Shown here: in pieces, positions 1-16,548 of the stretch | Layout of the letters: the number at the start of each line of letters is the position of its first letter | How positions within the stretch are numbered: position 1 is the first letter of the stretch | Source of the DNA: Anolis carolinensis | Taxonomy: Eukaryota | DNA: 64,000 bases | Reading direction: 5' to 3' | Assembly (NCBI RefSeq): GCF_035594765.1 | Contig: NW_026943821.1 | Location: 22,749,791-22,813,790, forward strand | Program-made: the position numbers and the translations under genes | Notes under the pieces: model-generated | Databases searched by the model: none | What the model saw: only the letters and a program-made list of their open reading frames with translations | What the model was told of the DNA's origin: nothing

Positions 1-633
1 AAAATACAACAAGTGCAAAACAAAACAGGCAATAAGCAGTCAATACACCATCATAAATTCACAGTACCTCGCTTTTCAGGGCACTTCTCAAAATATTCAC
101 CAAACTACAAACTCCATAAAGCACAGACAGTGATACCAAATTATAACACTGTATTCTTCCAAATTATTGTAACAATGGTATTAGAATTTCAAGAATTCCA
201 GAAGAATATACAGTATCATCTGATTTTGAAGGTGTTGAGGTGGCAGAAGCAACATAGAATCATTCCGTGAAAGCTGCATAAAACCAAATCCCCATTAAAA
301 ACAGGAAGCAACCACACTTTCAGCAACTGAGTCTCTTTGTTGACTGATTTGATATCACAAGGAAGTGTGCCAGAGATAAGGTGCTTTCTTCCCGGCACTA
401 ATATATGTTCAAGTAATAAACAAAGCATGGCACATCTGTTCACTCTTCCTATCTTTCCTTCAAATCAGTCCAATGAAAAGGACACGACAAAGCATTCAGA
501 AGTTGCAAAATGTTACAGTAATTGACTTGCAAGGAATTGGAGGGAAGCCTTCTAGAAGCTCAGTCTTTCCGTCCATTATTCAAAGAGCCATGAATTGTTG
601 TTGTGTGCCTTTAAGTTCCTTCAAACTTATGGT

Positions 634-769
634 TTGGTGCTTAATTTGTAAAATCATAACCTAATTTGATGTTTAATAGGCTTTTCCTTAATCCCTCCTT
701 ATTATCCAAGATATTCGCTTATCCAAGGTTCTGCCGGCCCATTTAGCTTGGATAAGTGAGACTCTATTG
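634..769. mobile_element. Truncated Tc1/mariner-type MITE of the same family as 4981-5303
   Basis: Ends in GGATAAGTGAGACTCTATTG-TA, and the internal sequence matches the full copies in reverse orientation. Confidence 0.7.
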
Positions 770-835
770 TACCTAATTTTGCCTTGATTTTGCGGAGTGT
801 GTAATATGCTGCTAATTGGGAATCCAAGTAAGTTG

Positions 836-1320
836 AGACTGGATGGCCATCTGTCAGAGGGGGTTAGATGGTTTATTCCTATATGGCAGAAGGGAGTTGG
901 ACTGGAGGACCTTTGGGTCTCCCTTCCAACTGGATAGCCATCTGTCGGGAGGGCTTTGACTGTGTCTTCTCCTCCACCAACCTGGTAGCCCATTTTATTT
1001 TATTTTATTTTTAACTGATTTATATGTTAACTTAGTTTTTATGATTTACTGTATTGTTTTGGTTAAGGTAACTGTTTTGTATAACTGCTGATTTTACTGT
1101 GTTTGTATTGCAATGTGTTTTAACTGATCTATTGGACTGGATGGCCTTTAGGGACCCTTCCAACACTTAGTATTTTATACAAGAGCTATTTGATTGTGGT
1201 GGAGTCTCCTCTGGAGGTTTTTAAGCAGAGTCTCGATGGTCATCTGTCGGGAGGGCTTTGATTGTGCTTTGGCAGAAGGGGGTGGGCCTGGATGGCCTCT
1301 GGGGCGCCCTCCCTGGGACC
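836..1320 (+). mobile_element. Clustered CR1-like LINE 3' fragments
   Basis: Repeated GGATGGCCATCTGTC..GGAGGGCTTTGA and GGACTGGA..GGCC..CCTTCCAAC segments, typical of squamate CR1 3' ends. Confidence 0.45.
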
Positions 1321-1910
1321 CAAAGGGCCTCCCCCGCCTCCCCTCCCCTCCAAGGCCCTCTTCCCCGGCGATCCCGCTCCCTCTCCGGCTTCCCTCCTTC
1401 CCTCTCCTCGCTCCAGGCGCCTCCTTACCTTCTTGGGCTCCGCGCCGCCCGAGAGCCGCGACTGCAGCTTCCCCACAACTTCGAGCACCGACTCCGCCAT
1501 TTTGACTGCTGGCGAGGCCGCTTTCACGACGGAAGTGGGCCCGCGGCTTCAACGCCTCTACCCGACAGCCCTCGCGGCTCCCTCTCCTTCCCAACGGCTC
1601 TGCTCCTTCTTCGCCCCGCCCACTTTCCTCTCTCTTCTTGCTCCTCCTCCGGCGCCATGTTTGTTCCGGGCAAAAACCCAGGAAGCACGGAAACAGAGGT
1701 AACCCCCGCACCGTTTTTCCGAAGAGAGCCTCGTCCTCCATCTTGAAAGCTGGAAAAGGCTTCGCAGCGGAGGCTAACGGCTGTCATTTTGGAAGAGGGC
1801 AAGGTGGAAGGTGGGAGGGGGGAACAGCTCACAAACAGCTGGAGGAAAACAGGCGTTTGGAGCGTTCCCATCTTGAAGAAGGGCAACAACCCCCTGGCTG
1901 CCATTTTGAC
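1300..1910. promoter_or_regulatory. CpG-island promoter of ELOA with ETS and YY1-like motifs
   Basis: GC/CpG-rich block. CGGAAGTG at ~1530 and several CCATCTT/CCATTTT (YY1-like) motifs at ~1497, 1738, 1868 and 1901. Confidence 0.65.
1429..1500 (-). CDS. ELOA: Elongin A, first coding exon; the rest of the gene lies left of the window
   Basis: ATG at 1500 gives MAESVLEVVGKLQSRLSGGAEPKK followed by the donor AAG|GTAAGG. This matches the Elongin A N-terminus (human [25 protein letters not shown]). It lies in a CpG island, and ELOA is the known neighbour of RPL11. Confidence 0.85.
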
Positions 1911-2120
1911 TGTGGGCAAAAGACTACTCTCATTAGTCATTCAATAGTAGTTTGTTGGGCTAATCAAATGAAGCAGGCTGAATTTTTGAGCATTTTGATT
2001 TTTGTCTATTATTGTCTGTGTGTGTTACTATTGGCGTGTAATTGTGTTTGTGTATTTTTATTTGTATTTGTGTGTCCTTCGATGTATTGCTGTTTATATT
2101 ATTGTATATTTACATTTTTA

Positions 2121-2443
2121 AAGTAAAGGTTTCCCCTGACGTTAAGTCCAGTCGTGTCCGACTCTGGGGGTTGGTGCTCATCTCCATTTCTAAGCCGAAG
2201 AGCCAGTGTTGTCCATAGACACCTCCAAGGTCATGTGGCCGGCATAACGGCATGGAGCGCCGTTACCTTCCCGCCAGAGCAGTACCTATTGATCTACTCA
2301 CATTGGCATGTTTTTGAACTGCTAGGTTGGCAGAAGCTGGAGCTAACAGCGGGCGCTCACTCCCCTCCCGGGATTTGAACCTGCGACCTTTCGGTCTTCA
2401 AGTTCAGCAGCTCAGTGCTTTAACACACTTTGCCACCGGGGCT
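2121..2443 (-). mobile_element. Sauria SINE
   Basis: Has the AAAGGTTTCCCCTGACGTTAAGTCCAGTC tail and a tRNA-like head at the right end. Near-identical to the copies at 14457 and 36049. Confidence 0.85.
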
Positions 2444-2483
2444 TAAATAATATTCATTATTAAATAATGTTATTTAGTTATTT

Positions 2484-2807
2484 AGCCCCGGTAGCAAAGT
2501 GCGTTAAAGCACTGAGCTGCAGACCGAAAGGTCCCAGGTTCAAGCCCTGGGAGCAGCATGAGCAGCCGCTGTTAGCTCCAGCTCCTGCCAACCTAGCAGT
2601 TCAAAAACATGCCAATGTGAGTAGATCAATAGGTACCGCTCCGGCGGGAAGGTAACGGCGCTCCATGCAGTCATGCCAGTGGCCACATAACCTTGAAGGT
2701 GTCTACGGACAACGCCGGCTCTTCGGCTTAGAAATGGAGATGAGCTCCAATCCCCAGAGTCAGACATTACTGGAATTAACGTCAGGGGAAACCTTTACCT
2801 TTACCTT
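2484..2807 (+). mobile_element. Sauria SINE, inverted relative to 2121-2443
   Basis: Head AGCCCCGGTAGCAAAGTGCGTTAAAGC with a B-box-like GGTTCAAGCCC, and tail ACCTTTACCTTTACCTT. Confidence 0.85.
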
Positions 2808-3790
2808 AATTAAAGGTAATTTCCATGAATTATTATTAACTAATCATCAGGGCTGGCCTTGCCTTGGGGCTGAATGCAAGCTGTTCTTGTAAGTCTCAAG
2901 GTGAGAAAAATGGCATAGAATCTTTGCGATGGCTGAAGGAACTGGTGGTTGACTGATACTATCAACAGTTTTATTCTTGTTTTACATTGTATTACTGTTT
3001 TTATCTTTTATACTGTGAATTGTATAAATTGTTTATTTCGTCAATGTTGTTCAGGCCTTTGCCCCATGTAAGCCGCCCCTAGTTCCCGTGGGGAGATGTT
3101 GATGGGGTATAAATAAAGTTTATTATTATTATTATTATTGACATTAAGACATAGTATGACACATTATTAAGGACCTCACACTTTCCTTCTTCTTTCCTCC
3201 TCAGGCAGCACTTTTCCTTGGGCTGCAACCCTGGCAGCTCTTGACCTTCTCTGCGTCCTGCATGGGCTCCATTTCCAGAGCTGTCAAGGCATCTCTCTGC
3301 GTCATTGGGCTCAATGTGACAAGGAGGGTCAGCTGCCCAGTCCGCTTTGGGAAGAAGGGAGAGAAGGAGGGCAAGGGAACTGCTGCTGTGTTTGGATTCC
3401 CTCTTTGCCTCCCAGGCTTTGCTTCGGACACCTTTTCCCCCCCATTGGATTAAACCCCCGGCACAAAGGTAAGCCTTCTACCTTTCCCAGGATCTTTCCA
3501 ATGTCAATATTTGCAGAGCAGTTTCCAGTTCACTTGAGCCTTTCGGATCCAGGACCGAACAAAGCAGGTCTTTCTTATGGACATCAAGCCGGGGAAAGGA
3601 CCGGGAACAGATGGCATAAGACTCAGGTTTCCGACTTAGCTGGGACACAACGCAGCCGTTCGCTCTCACCAGAGCTGGCAAAAGCAAACAGCTGCATTAT
3701 GTCATAATAATAATAATGATGATGATGATGATAATAATAATACACTTTTAACAGACTAAAGCATCAATAAAGAAAAACAACACTATAAAG

Positions 3791-3987
3791 CAGGCATGGG
3801 CAAACTTGGGCCCTCACTCCAGTGTTTTGGACTTCAACTCCCACCATTCCTAACAGCCTCAGGCCCTTTCCTTTTCCCCCTCAGCCGCTTAAGCGGCTGA
3901 GGGGGAAAAGGAAGGGGCCTGAGGCTGTTAGGAATGGTGGGAGTTGAAGTCCAAAACACCTGGAGGGCCAAGGTTTGCCCATGCCTG
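3791..3987. mobile_element. Palindromic hAT-type MITE
   Basis: TIRs CAGGCATGGGCAAAC...GTTTGCCCATGCCTG. The whole element is a near-perfect inverted repeat centred on GCCGCTTAAGCGGC. Confidence 0.8.
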
Positions 3988-4734
3988 CTTTGAACTCTCT
4001 TATCATACGGCTATTTCTTTGGAAAGCACTGCAAGCCATACACGATACACAGAAGGCTTAGGAGGAAATCTCAATGCTATGGGTGGTTACAACTATCTGC
4101 ATGAACTCCGTAACGTATCTCCTGTGGATCACAAAGAGGCCATCCTACCATACCGGCGTTTAGTTAAGTCGTAATTGGTTTTATAATTGAGAGCTGCTTG
4201 CCAAGGACCGTGTACCTCTGTAAGTTCCCCGCAGTTATTTACACACATAAATGAATGCTATAAATAACACTGGAATCCTATGAGTCTGCAGCTGTGTTTT
4301 AGGGCATCGGCTCCAAAGAGGACCCGAAGCTAAAAACGATTCTACGGATAAAACGCTTGTTGTGATATATTGAATTGCTCCTTTTTTCTGTGATCTAGAA
4401 AAAACAATCCGTATTCTTTTCACCTTATTTCTGGTACCAAAGATTATAGAACTCATGCCCAGGAGCCCATTAGACTCAATTTGCCGTGTTGTAGCTGTCT
4501 TTGTATTTCCAGTTCCCGTTAAGGGCACAACTATTGATATTATTACTGATGTATTACCTCTTGTTTTATTAACTTATTGTGTTTTAACCTGTGTATATTG
4601 TGCTAATGTATTCATGTTGTTACTTTTGTGAACTATGTTGACCAGGCCTTGTCCCATGTGAGCCGCCCCGAGTCCCCGTGGCGGGGTATAAATAAAGTTT
4701 TATTATTATTTATTAACTACAAAATACAATAGAC

Positions 4735-4915
4735 TGTCGAAAGCTTTCATGGCCAGAATCACAGGATTGTTGTGTGTTTTCCGGGCTGTATGGCCACGTT
4801 CCAGAAGCATTCTCTCCTGACATTTTGCCCACATCTATGGCACTTGTGGGCGAAACATCAGGAAATAATGCTTCTGGAAAATGGCCATATAGCACGGAAA
4901 ACTCACAGCAACCCA
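4735..4915. mobile_element. Penelope-like element terminal fragments, inverted pair
   Basis: CCAGAAGCATTCTCTCCTGAC..GCCCACATCTATGGCA is followed by its reverse complement. The same motif occurs at 33140 and 36690. Confidence 0.6.
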
Positions 4916-4932
4916 AAAACTCTATATTGATT

Positions 4933-4980
<48 letters not shown>

Positions 4981-4981
<1 letters not shown>

Positions 4982-5302
4982 AGTAGAGTCTCACTTATCC
5001 AAGCTAAACGGGCCGACAGAAGCTTGGATAAGTGAATATCTTGGATAATAAGGAGGGATTAAGAAAAAGCCTGTTAAACATCAAATTAGGTTATGATTTT
5101 ACAAATTAAGCACCAAAACATCATGTTATACAACAAATTTGACAGAAAAAGTAGTTCAATACGCAGTAATGTTATGTTGTAATTACTGTATTTATGAATT
5201 TAGCACCAAAATATCACGATATATTGAAAACATTTACTACAAAAATGGCTTGGATAATCCAGAGGCTTGGATAAGCGAGGCTTGGATAAGTGAGACTCTA
5301 CT

Positions 5303-5303
<1 letters not shown>
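4981..5303. mobile_element. Tc1/mariner-type MITE, ~320 bp
   Basis: TIRs CAGTAGAGTCTCACTTATCCAA...TTGGATAAGTGAGACTCTACTG flanked by TA, inserted in an (AAT)n tract. Confidence 0.85.
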
Positions 5304-5353
<50 letters not shown>

Positions 5354-5856
5354 GTTTATTTATACCCCGCCTCCATCTCCCTGGAGGGACCCGGGGCTGC
5401 TTACAAGGGTCAAACCCAGATAAAAACAGTAACAATATAAAACACATCAAATGTACAGAGACATGTACAATTATAAAAACAGACATTACACATACAGGTA
5501 AAATAGCAAACTTAATAACATAATTAAAACACAAGTTAATAATAGACTGAATAGATAGGAATATTGGAATACAGCAGTTAAAAGCAAATTAAGACAAATG
5601 TAAAGTAATTTAATGTACTGTTATTAAAAACGGCTTTGTTAATGCAAGATGCAGTTTTAGTATCTGCTTGTGTTCCGGTGAATTGAGAATCTAATGCCAT
5701 TGTCAACCTTCAGCTGGACTGGCATTGATAACCTGCTCCACGTTCATCCCTTACCCCCTTCCTCTCCTATTCTTAGAATTACCAATTGCTTAACCTTCCA
5801 GAAACATGATATTTGCATCTCACTCAGAGCGATGGAAGATGGAGGCATTTGAGTGG

Positions 5857-5956
5857 CTATTTTTGGTCTGCTGCAAACAGGTTTGTGGCCGGCTGACTCG
5901 GATCTCTTTCCGCCACAGCAAAAGGGAGGTGGACAGAAACAGCTGAGGAGCAGCTG
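5857..5956. promoter_or_regulatory. Candidate muscle enhancer with a MEF2-like site and paired CAGCTG E-boxes
   Basis: CTATTTTTGG at 5857-5866 and CAGCTG at 5940-5945 and 5951-5956, about 1 kb upstream of the KLHL31-like start codon. Confidence 0.45.
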
Positions 5957-6353
5957 GGACCCCCGTCGGGGCCTTGTCCGCAGGCATGACATGTGTCCAG
6001 GCCTGGAAGCCCACACGTGGCAGACTGCAGTGGACCCAACGTTTCTTATTGAAGAATATTTGGATGTATTATCTCTGTAGATATACTAGCTAGTGACCTG
6101 CCTTGACCAGATATACAGTTGGTGCAGATTCCCATTACAGTCGTTAACCCATGGCATCCATAGGGAGTAATAGATCCTGGTTAAGTGTACTTTTGGTTGC
6201 TTGAGAGTTATTATTAAAACGGGCCTAATTGATACTATACACCATACTGTACCGTACCATAAGCTCTGTCTTGACAGATTGAGAAAATTGATGGATGGAT
6301 GAGCAGATGGATGGAATTAGGGCTGTATGCTTGCAAAACTGGCACTGGTATTG

Positions 6354-6407
<54 letters not shown>

Positions 6408-6911
6408 CAACTTTATTTTTATACCCCGCCCCATTCTCCCCGGAGGGACTCGGAGTCCCGACACAACAATACAATAACAGCAATAAAACAATAAAAAACA
6501 ATAAAACAAATATCGCATCAATAAAACATCAACATCAGTAAAACAATCATAAAAATCAGCATACAGCATAAAATGTTAAAAACGAGAGGCTAAAACACAG
6601 ATCTGGCCAAAGTGCAGAAAACTTCAACATGGGAGAGGTAGTTTCATAGCTAAAAAAGTCAATAAAGTGCAAGGTAATAATGGCCAGGCATCCTATTATT
6701 GAGTGGGCAGATAGATCAAACCTGCAATGATTAATCCTCAAAGGAATTATGCACAAATTAGGATCATATCCCAAAAATACTTTTCTGGAGATCTTGCTCA
6801 TCTCTTTCAAATCTCTTTTGATTTTGTGCAGATTGTTATATGCTATCCTACGGGATGCCCTAACAAGGAACTTCTCCCTTCATATGTCCTTGCAGGTGTC
6901 CCTCTGCCCCA

Positions 6912-9198
6912 ATGGCCCCCAAAAAGAAAGCCCCCAAGAAGATCAAGCCTTTGAAGAAAGATGGTCCTGCCAACCTCACAATGGTAGAAGAGCCTTCCCT
7001 TGACATCGACCATCATCAACAGCTGGATGAATTCTTTGAAAACGGCTCCGATGGGTTCCTCTGCACAGCCAACGAGGTTTTAGACCCAAGGCACGGAGCG
7101 AACACCCTGGAGGAGGCGCACCGTATGCAGAAGGAGCACTTCCTTTGCGATCTCACCGTTGCCACAAAAACAAAGACCTTCAATGTCCATAAGCTGGTGA
7201 TGTCCTCTTGTAGTGACTACTTCAGAAGCCTGTTGAAGAAGAACCCCAGCCTTCAACAAGTGGACCTTGTAGACATTTCTCCTTTGGGCCTGGCCACCAT
7301 CATAACCTACGCCTACACAGGGAGAGTGAGTCTCTCTCTGTACACCATTGGAAGCACCATTTCCACTGCCAGCTACCTGCAGATGCCTGCCCTGCTCAAC
7401 ATATGCACAGACTTTCTCATCCAGGAGATGAATGTGGAGAACTGGACGTATGTGGCCAACCTGGCCGAGACCTACAGTCTCAACCAGACAAAGAATGCTG
7501 CCAAGAAGTTCATCCGGGAACATTTCCTTGAGTTCTCGGAGACCGAGCAGTTCATGAAGCTCACCTTTGACCAACTCAACGAATTGCTGATGGACGATGA
7601 CCTTCAGTTCCCCAGTGAGGTAGTGGTTTTCCAGATTGCCATGAAGTGGCTTGAATCTGACCCTAAGCGAGTCCAACATGCTGCCGACCTCCTGAACAAC
7701 GTCCGGTTCGGCACCATCCCAGCGCATGACTTGATCAACTATGTCCAGCCTGTGCCGTGTATGATGCAAAACCCAGAATGCCACAGGCTGCTGGTCGACG
7801 CCATGAATTACCACCTGCTGCCTTTCCAGCAGAATGACCTCCAGTCCAGAAGGACCAAGATTCGAGGGAGCCAGAAGGTCTTGCTGGTGGTTGGCGGGCG
7901 CCCATGCGCCGCAGATAAGGCCATTAGTAAAGACGTGAGTCACAGAGATCAGGATGGGAATTGGAACAAGCTGACAGAGATGCCAACCAAGTGCTTCAAC
8001 CAATGTGTGGCAGTCATGGATGGATTCCTCTATGTGGCGGGAGGAGAAGATCAAAACGATGCCCGCAACCAAGCCAAGCACGCCATTAACAATCTGTGCA
8101 GGTAATGCGAATACAAAGCAAGGCTTTAAGGATGAGTGTTTTGGGGAAAATAGTATTCTAGACCTCCCAAATAATTCATTTGGTGCTGGACACTAACATA
8201 TGTATTGCTCTAAATGGGAACTATTCTCATTCTCTGAAAATTCGAATATGCATCATTTCGGGGGGCGGGGGGAAAGATTGTGTAGCTTTACAACTTGCCA
8301 ATCATGATAACCCAAATGCAGAGGGTTGAATGTATAAACACATACTAGCACTAGAATTTCTCTCTCCCTTTTTCTCCATCATAGCCTTTCTGAAATGCAC
8401 AAGCTGAAATCAGGTTTCATGTCAATGTGGTGAAATCTTGAATGACAACTGTGTTCTCTCCCCAGGTACGACCCACGTTTTGGCACCTGGCTCCACTTGG
8501 CCAGCATGGCCCACAAAAGAACTCACTTCAGCCTCAGCACCTTCAACGGGCACCTTTATGCCATAGGGGGACGCAATGCCAAGGGGACCCTCACCTCCAT
8601 CGAATGCTATATCCCATCCACCAACAGCTGGCAAGCCAAGACCAACATGGAGCTCCCACGCTGCTGCCATGCCAGCATGATCCTGGGAGGCGAGATCCTG
8701 GTGACAGGCGGCTACGTAAACAATGCCTACTCCCGCACTGTGTGCAGCTACAACCCAGCCACAGACACTTGGAGGGACTGTACCTGGCTCAGCACTCCAA
8801 GAGGGTGGCACGGTGGTGCCACGTTAAGGGATCGTGGGTACGTCCTGGGGGGCAGCCAGCTGGGGCCCCGAGGGGAGAGGGTGGACGTCATCCCGGTGGA
8901 GTGTTACAACCCTTCCACCAACCAGTGGAGTCACGTGGCCCCGCTGCCCATTGGCTTGAGCATGGCTGGGGTGGCCACCCTCAATGGGCAAATCCTGCTC
9001 GTGGGGGGCTGGAATGAGAGCATGAAGAAATACCAGAAGGGCATCCAGGCCTATAACCCCGACCTGAATGAATGGATCGAGGACGGCGAACTTTTGGAAG
9101 GGACCGTGGGGGTCTCTTGCTGCACCATCGCCCTTCCGCACACCAGCACCAGAGGGTCCCGGGCCAGCTCTGTTGGATCAGCAGCCGTCAGTATCTAA
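6912..9198 (+). CDS. Kelch-like BTB-BACK-Kelch protein, KLHL31 paralogue (possibly klhl43 type), 640 aa
   Basis: Exons 6912-8101 and 8466-9198 (TGCAG|gt...ag|GTAC), 1923 nt in frame. It starts MAPKKK and has BTB ([22 protein letters not shown]), BACK and six kelch repeats. [15 protein letters not shown] and the C-terminus [13 protein letters not shown] are KLHL31-type. AATAAA at 9977. Confidence 0.9.
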
Positions 9199-10920
9199 GG
9201 GTGGGTTGGAGCATTCATAACTACCCCAAGGTGGTTTACAAGAATATAGAGAGGTGCGTTTTTGTCAGTTTCTAGTGCTTTGAGGAAATAAGGCATTCTA
9301 ATTGTATCTAACCAGCTGCTATACTCCTGCATAAGTCTCGACATTCTAGTCAAAACATTGAGCCCCTAAAACAAGTCACTTATCCATGGTTCAATGTACG
9401 TACTGTACCTCTTATCAAAAAGGAAAAAAATCTCCTAGTAGTGGTGAAACGCATGAGTTCTGACTTATGGCAGCCTTACAACAGGGCTAAGAGTACTTGA
9501 CCTGCCTAAGATAAGACAGTAGGCTTCCACGGTCAACCGGGGAATTGAACCTGGTCTCGAGTTGTAGTCCAACACTCAAACCACTATTCCATATCAATCC
9601 AGTCTTCTTTCTTTCCTGCTTTTCATTTTAACCAGCATTATTGTCTTTTCCATCAAGTCACGCAATTTCATGATCTGTTTTTAAGTTTGACAGCCACTGC
9701 TTTCTCGGATGCAGGGGCAGAGGTCATGCTGTATATCGGTATGTATATATCTTTTACTAGATATAATTATTTCCTATTGTAAAATAATGGGATTCTTCAG
9801 AGCTAAGTTGGTTAACACCAAAGAATCAGAGATGAGTTCCAAAACTGTCATCAGGCCTTGGAACATAGTTTGCTGCATTTTAATGCATGTTCTGCAGTAT
9901 TCTGAGAACTCTTGATTATACAAACTGTTTCAGTCAGTCTAGATCGCATCCAACTACAAAACTAGGCAATACTCTGAATAAATAAAAATAATGCTTACAC
10001 CCATGGCAGTAGTTTTTTGGGCAATGCAAATTGCGGTTTCCCTTTATTCAATATCAATGTGCTCCATAAAATGTATTAAGAAGCCACTTTGTATAATATC
10101 ACTTCAGCAACATTAGTAGAACCCAACCGGGAAAAAACCAGAAACGTGCCATATGCGAGAAGAATCCGCAAGGGAAAGCTAAGCAATTACTGGTTTATTA
10201 ACTAAACCTACTGAGACTCTCAAACGTTCAAAACAAATAAAAGAGATTTGAATACTGTACCTAAGCAAATCTTAACACCTCCCATTTCTGGTGAACCTGC
10301 ATTAGCTTTTTCCTTATTTAGTTCATGTCTTAGCACTGTAGGCATACCTTTGATGAATGAAAAGCCATAGGATGATAGAGCAAGGTCTTCATTCTGACAC
10401 AAGTCTGTATAGCTGGTAATAAAGGCAGGTCCCAGTCCTTGCCAGCTTTACTCTTCAAAATTTGATTCCTAAAGTCATAGACCTCATGCTGTGTTTCACA
10501 GCAATACTTCTCCCAAATTTCTACAACCTGCACCAGGACATACTACACAATAAGGCAATATTATTTTATGTATCATCTATATACATTGAGTTTCCACTTC
10601 ACACTTTCTTCCCTGGGGGTAAAATCACTGAGAGGTGAACGAAAGCCAGGTAATTGCAGGGTGCTTGATAGCAGTTATCCCCACTACTGCAAACAAGGGA
10701 GATATATGCTTGAACATGTTCGCAATTATTTGGTTCAAACTCAGGGGATTTAATACTTGTGTAATTGGAGAGGCAGTGCCTGTTAAATGCACAACAGGAC
10801 TCCCTAGGAAAAAGCAGGCTATTTCAGGGAAAGGCACCGGTTTTTGTACAAAACGCACAACAGCAAACTAGTGAAACAGTGGAAAAAGTTTATTGGCTCT
10901 TTTTGAATAGAGGAAACCAT

Positions 10921-15550
<4,630 letters not shown>

Positions 15551-15700
15551 GTTGGAGCCGTGGAAAAGATCGCGAGAGGTCCGGAACGGGATCTTGTGCG
15601 GCCAGTCGTGCCGGGCGGCCAATAGAGATGAAGGAAATAAAGAGGGCCAAAGGAGAATACCGCTGCCCCCTGGAGGCAGGAGGGGCGCATTGCAAGGCGA
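15551..15700 (-). promoter_or_regulatory. RPL11 promoter and 5'UTR: 5'TOP pyrimidine tract, CCAAT box, CTCF-like motif
   Basis: The minus strand reads TCTTTTCCACGGCTCCAAC-ATG. CCAAT at ~15619 on the plus strand, and GCCTCCAGGGGGCAGCG on the minus strand at 15661-15677. Confidence 0.6.
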
Positions 15701-15701
15701 G

Positions 15702-15932
15702 NNNNNNNNNNNNNNNNNNNNNNNNNNNNNNNNNNNNNNNNNNNNNNNNNNNNNNNNNNNNNNNNNNNNNNNNNNNNNNNNNNNNNNNNNNNNNNNNNNN
15801 NNNNNNNNNNNNNNNNNNNNNNNNNNNNNNNNNNNNNNNNNNNNNNNNNNNNNNNNNNNNNNNNNNNNNNNNNNNNNNNNNNNNNNNNNNNNNNNNNNNN
15901 NNNNNNNNNNNNNNNNNNNNNNNNNNNNNNNN
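15702..15932. other. Assembly gap
   Basis: Run of N characters. Confidence 1.
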
Positions 15933-15996
15933 TTGATAGATAGCCAATGCATGTTTGGGCATTTATACATGGTATTTATTGGTATTTATAAATCTA

Positions 15997-16238
15997 CTAC
16001 CTTTGCCCAGCCACGCGTTGCTGTGGCTTATGGGAATCCTTTGTTGGCCAGATGGAATAGCACTGAATAGCCTTGCAGTCTCAAAGCCTGGCCGTTTTCT
16101 GGAGTAGCTGGAGCTTTTTGTTGTATGAACGTAGAGGCATGGATGAGGGGTTGTGCTGCCAAGTTTAGTGTTTCTGGGATGTGTAGTTTTGTTGTTTTGT
16201 CCTAGGCCGAAATTTCATTACCCTTTTATATATATAGA
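15997..16238 (-). mobile_element. Short non-autonomous Helitron-like element
   Basis: The minus strand starts TCTATATATATAAAA and ends with the hairpin GCCACAGCAACGCGTGGC followed by a degenerate CTAG (GTAG). Confidence 0.5.
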
Positions 16239-16512
16239 TAATATATTGTGTATTGATAATAATATTATAATGGAATACAATATTATACTACTAATAATAC
16301 AATATAATAATATTAATTATATATTATATAGTAAATGTAATATTACTAATAATATTACCATATAATGATATAGTAAATATAGTAATTTAATGCTTATATT
16401 GTGCTATGATAATGATATATTGTATCTTCATTTGATTTGTAAGCCCCTCTGAGTCTCTTTGGGGTGAGAAGAGCAGGATATAAATGTATATAATAATAAT
16501 AATAATAATAAT

Positions 16513-16548
<36 letters not shown>

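Noticed and set aside
1175-1940. Several long overlapping ORFs
   Set aside because: These are GC-rich CpG-island artefacts. Only 1429-1500 matches a real protein (ELOA).
4713-6569. Poly-Ile, poly-Asn and poly-Leu ORFs (similar ones at 16394, 26528, 32822, 52873)
   Set aside because: They are translations of (AAT)n-type microsatellites.
7080-8081. 333-aa minus-strand ORF
   Set aside because: It is the antisense shadow of the kelch exon and has no recognisable domain.
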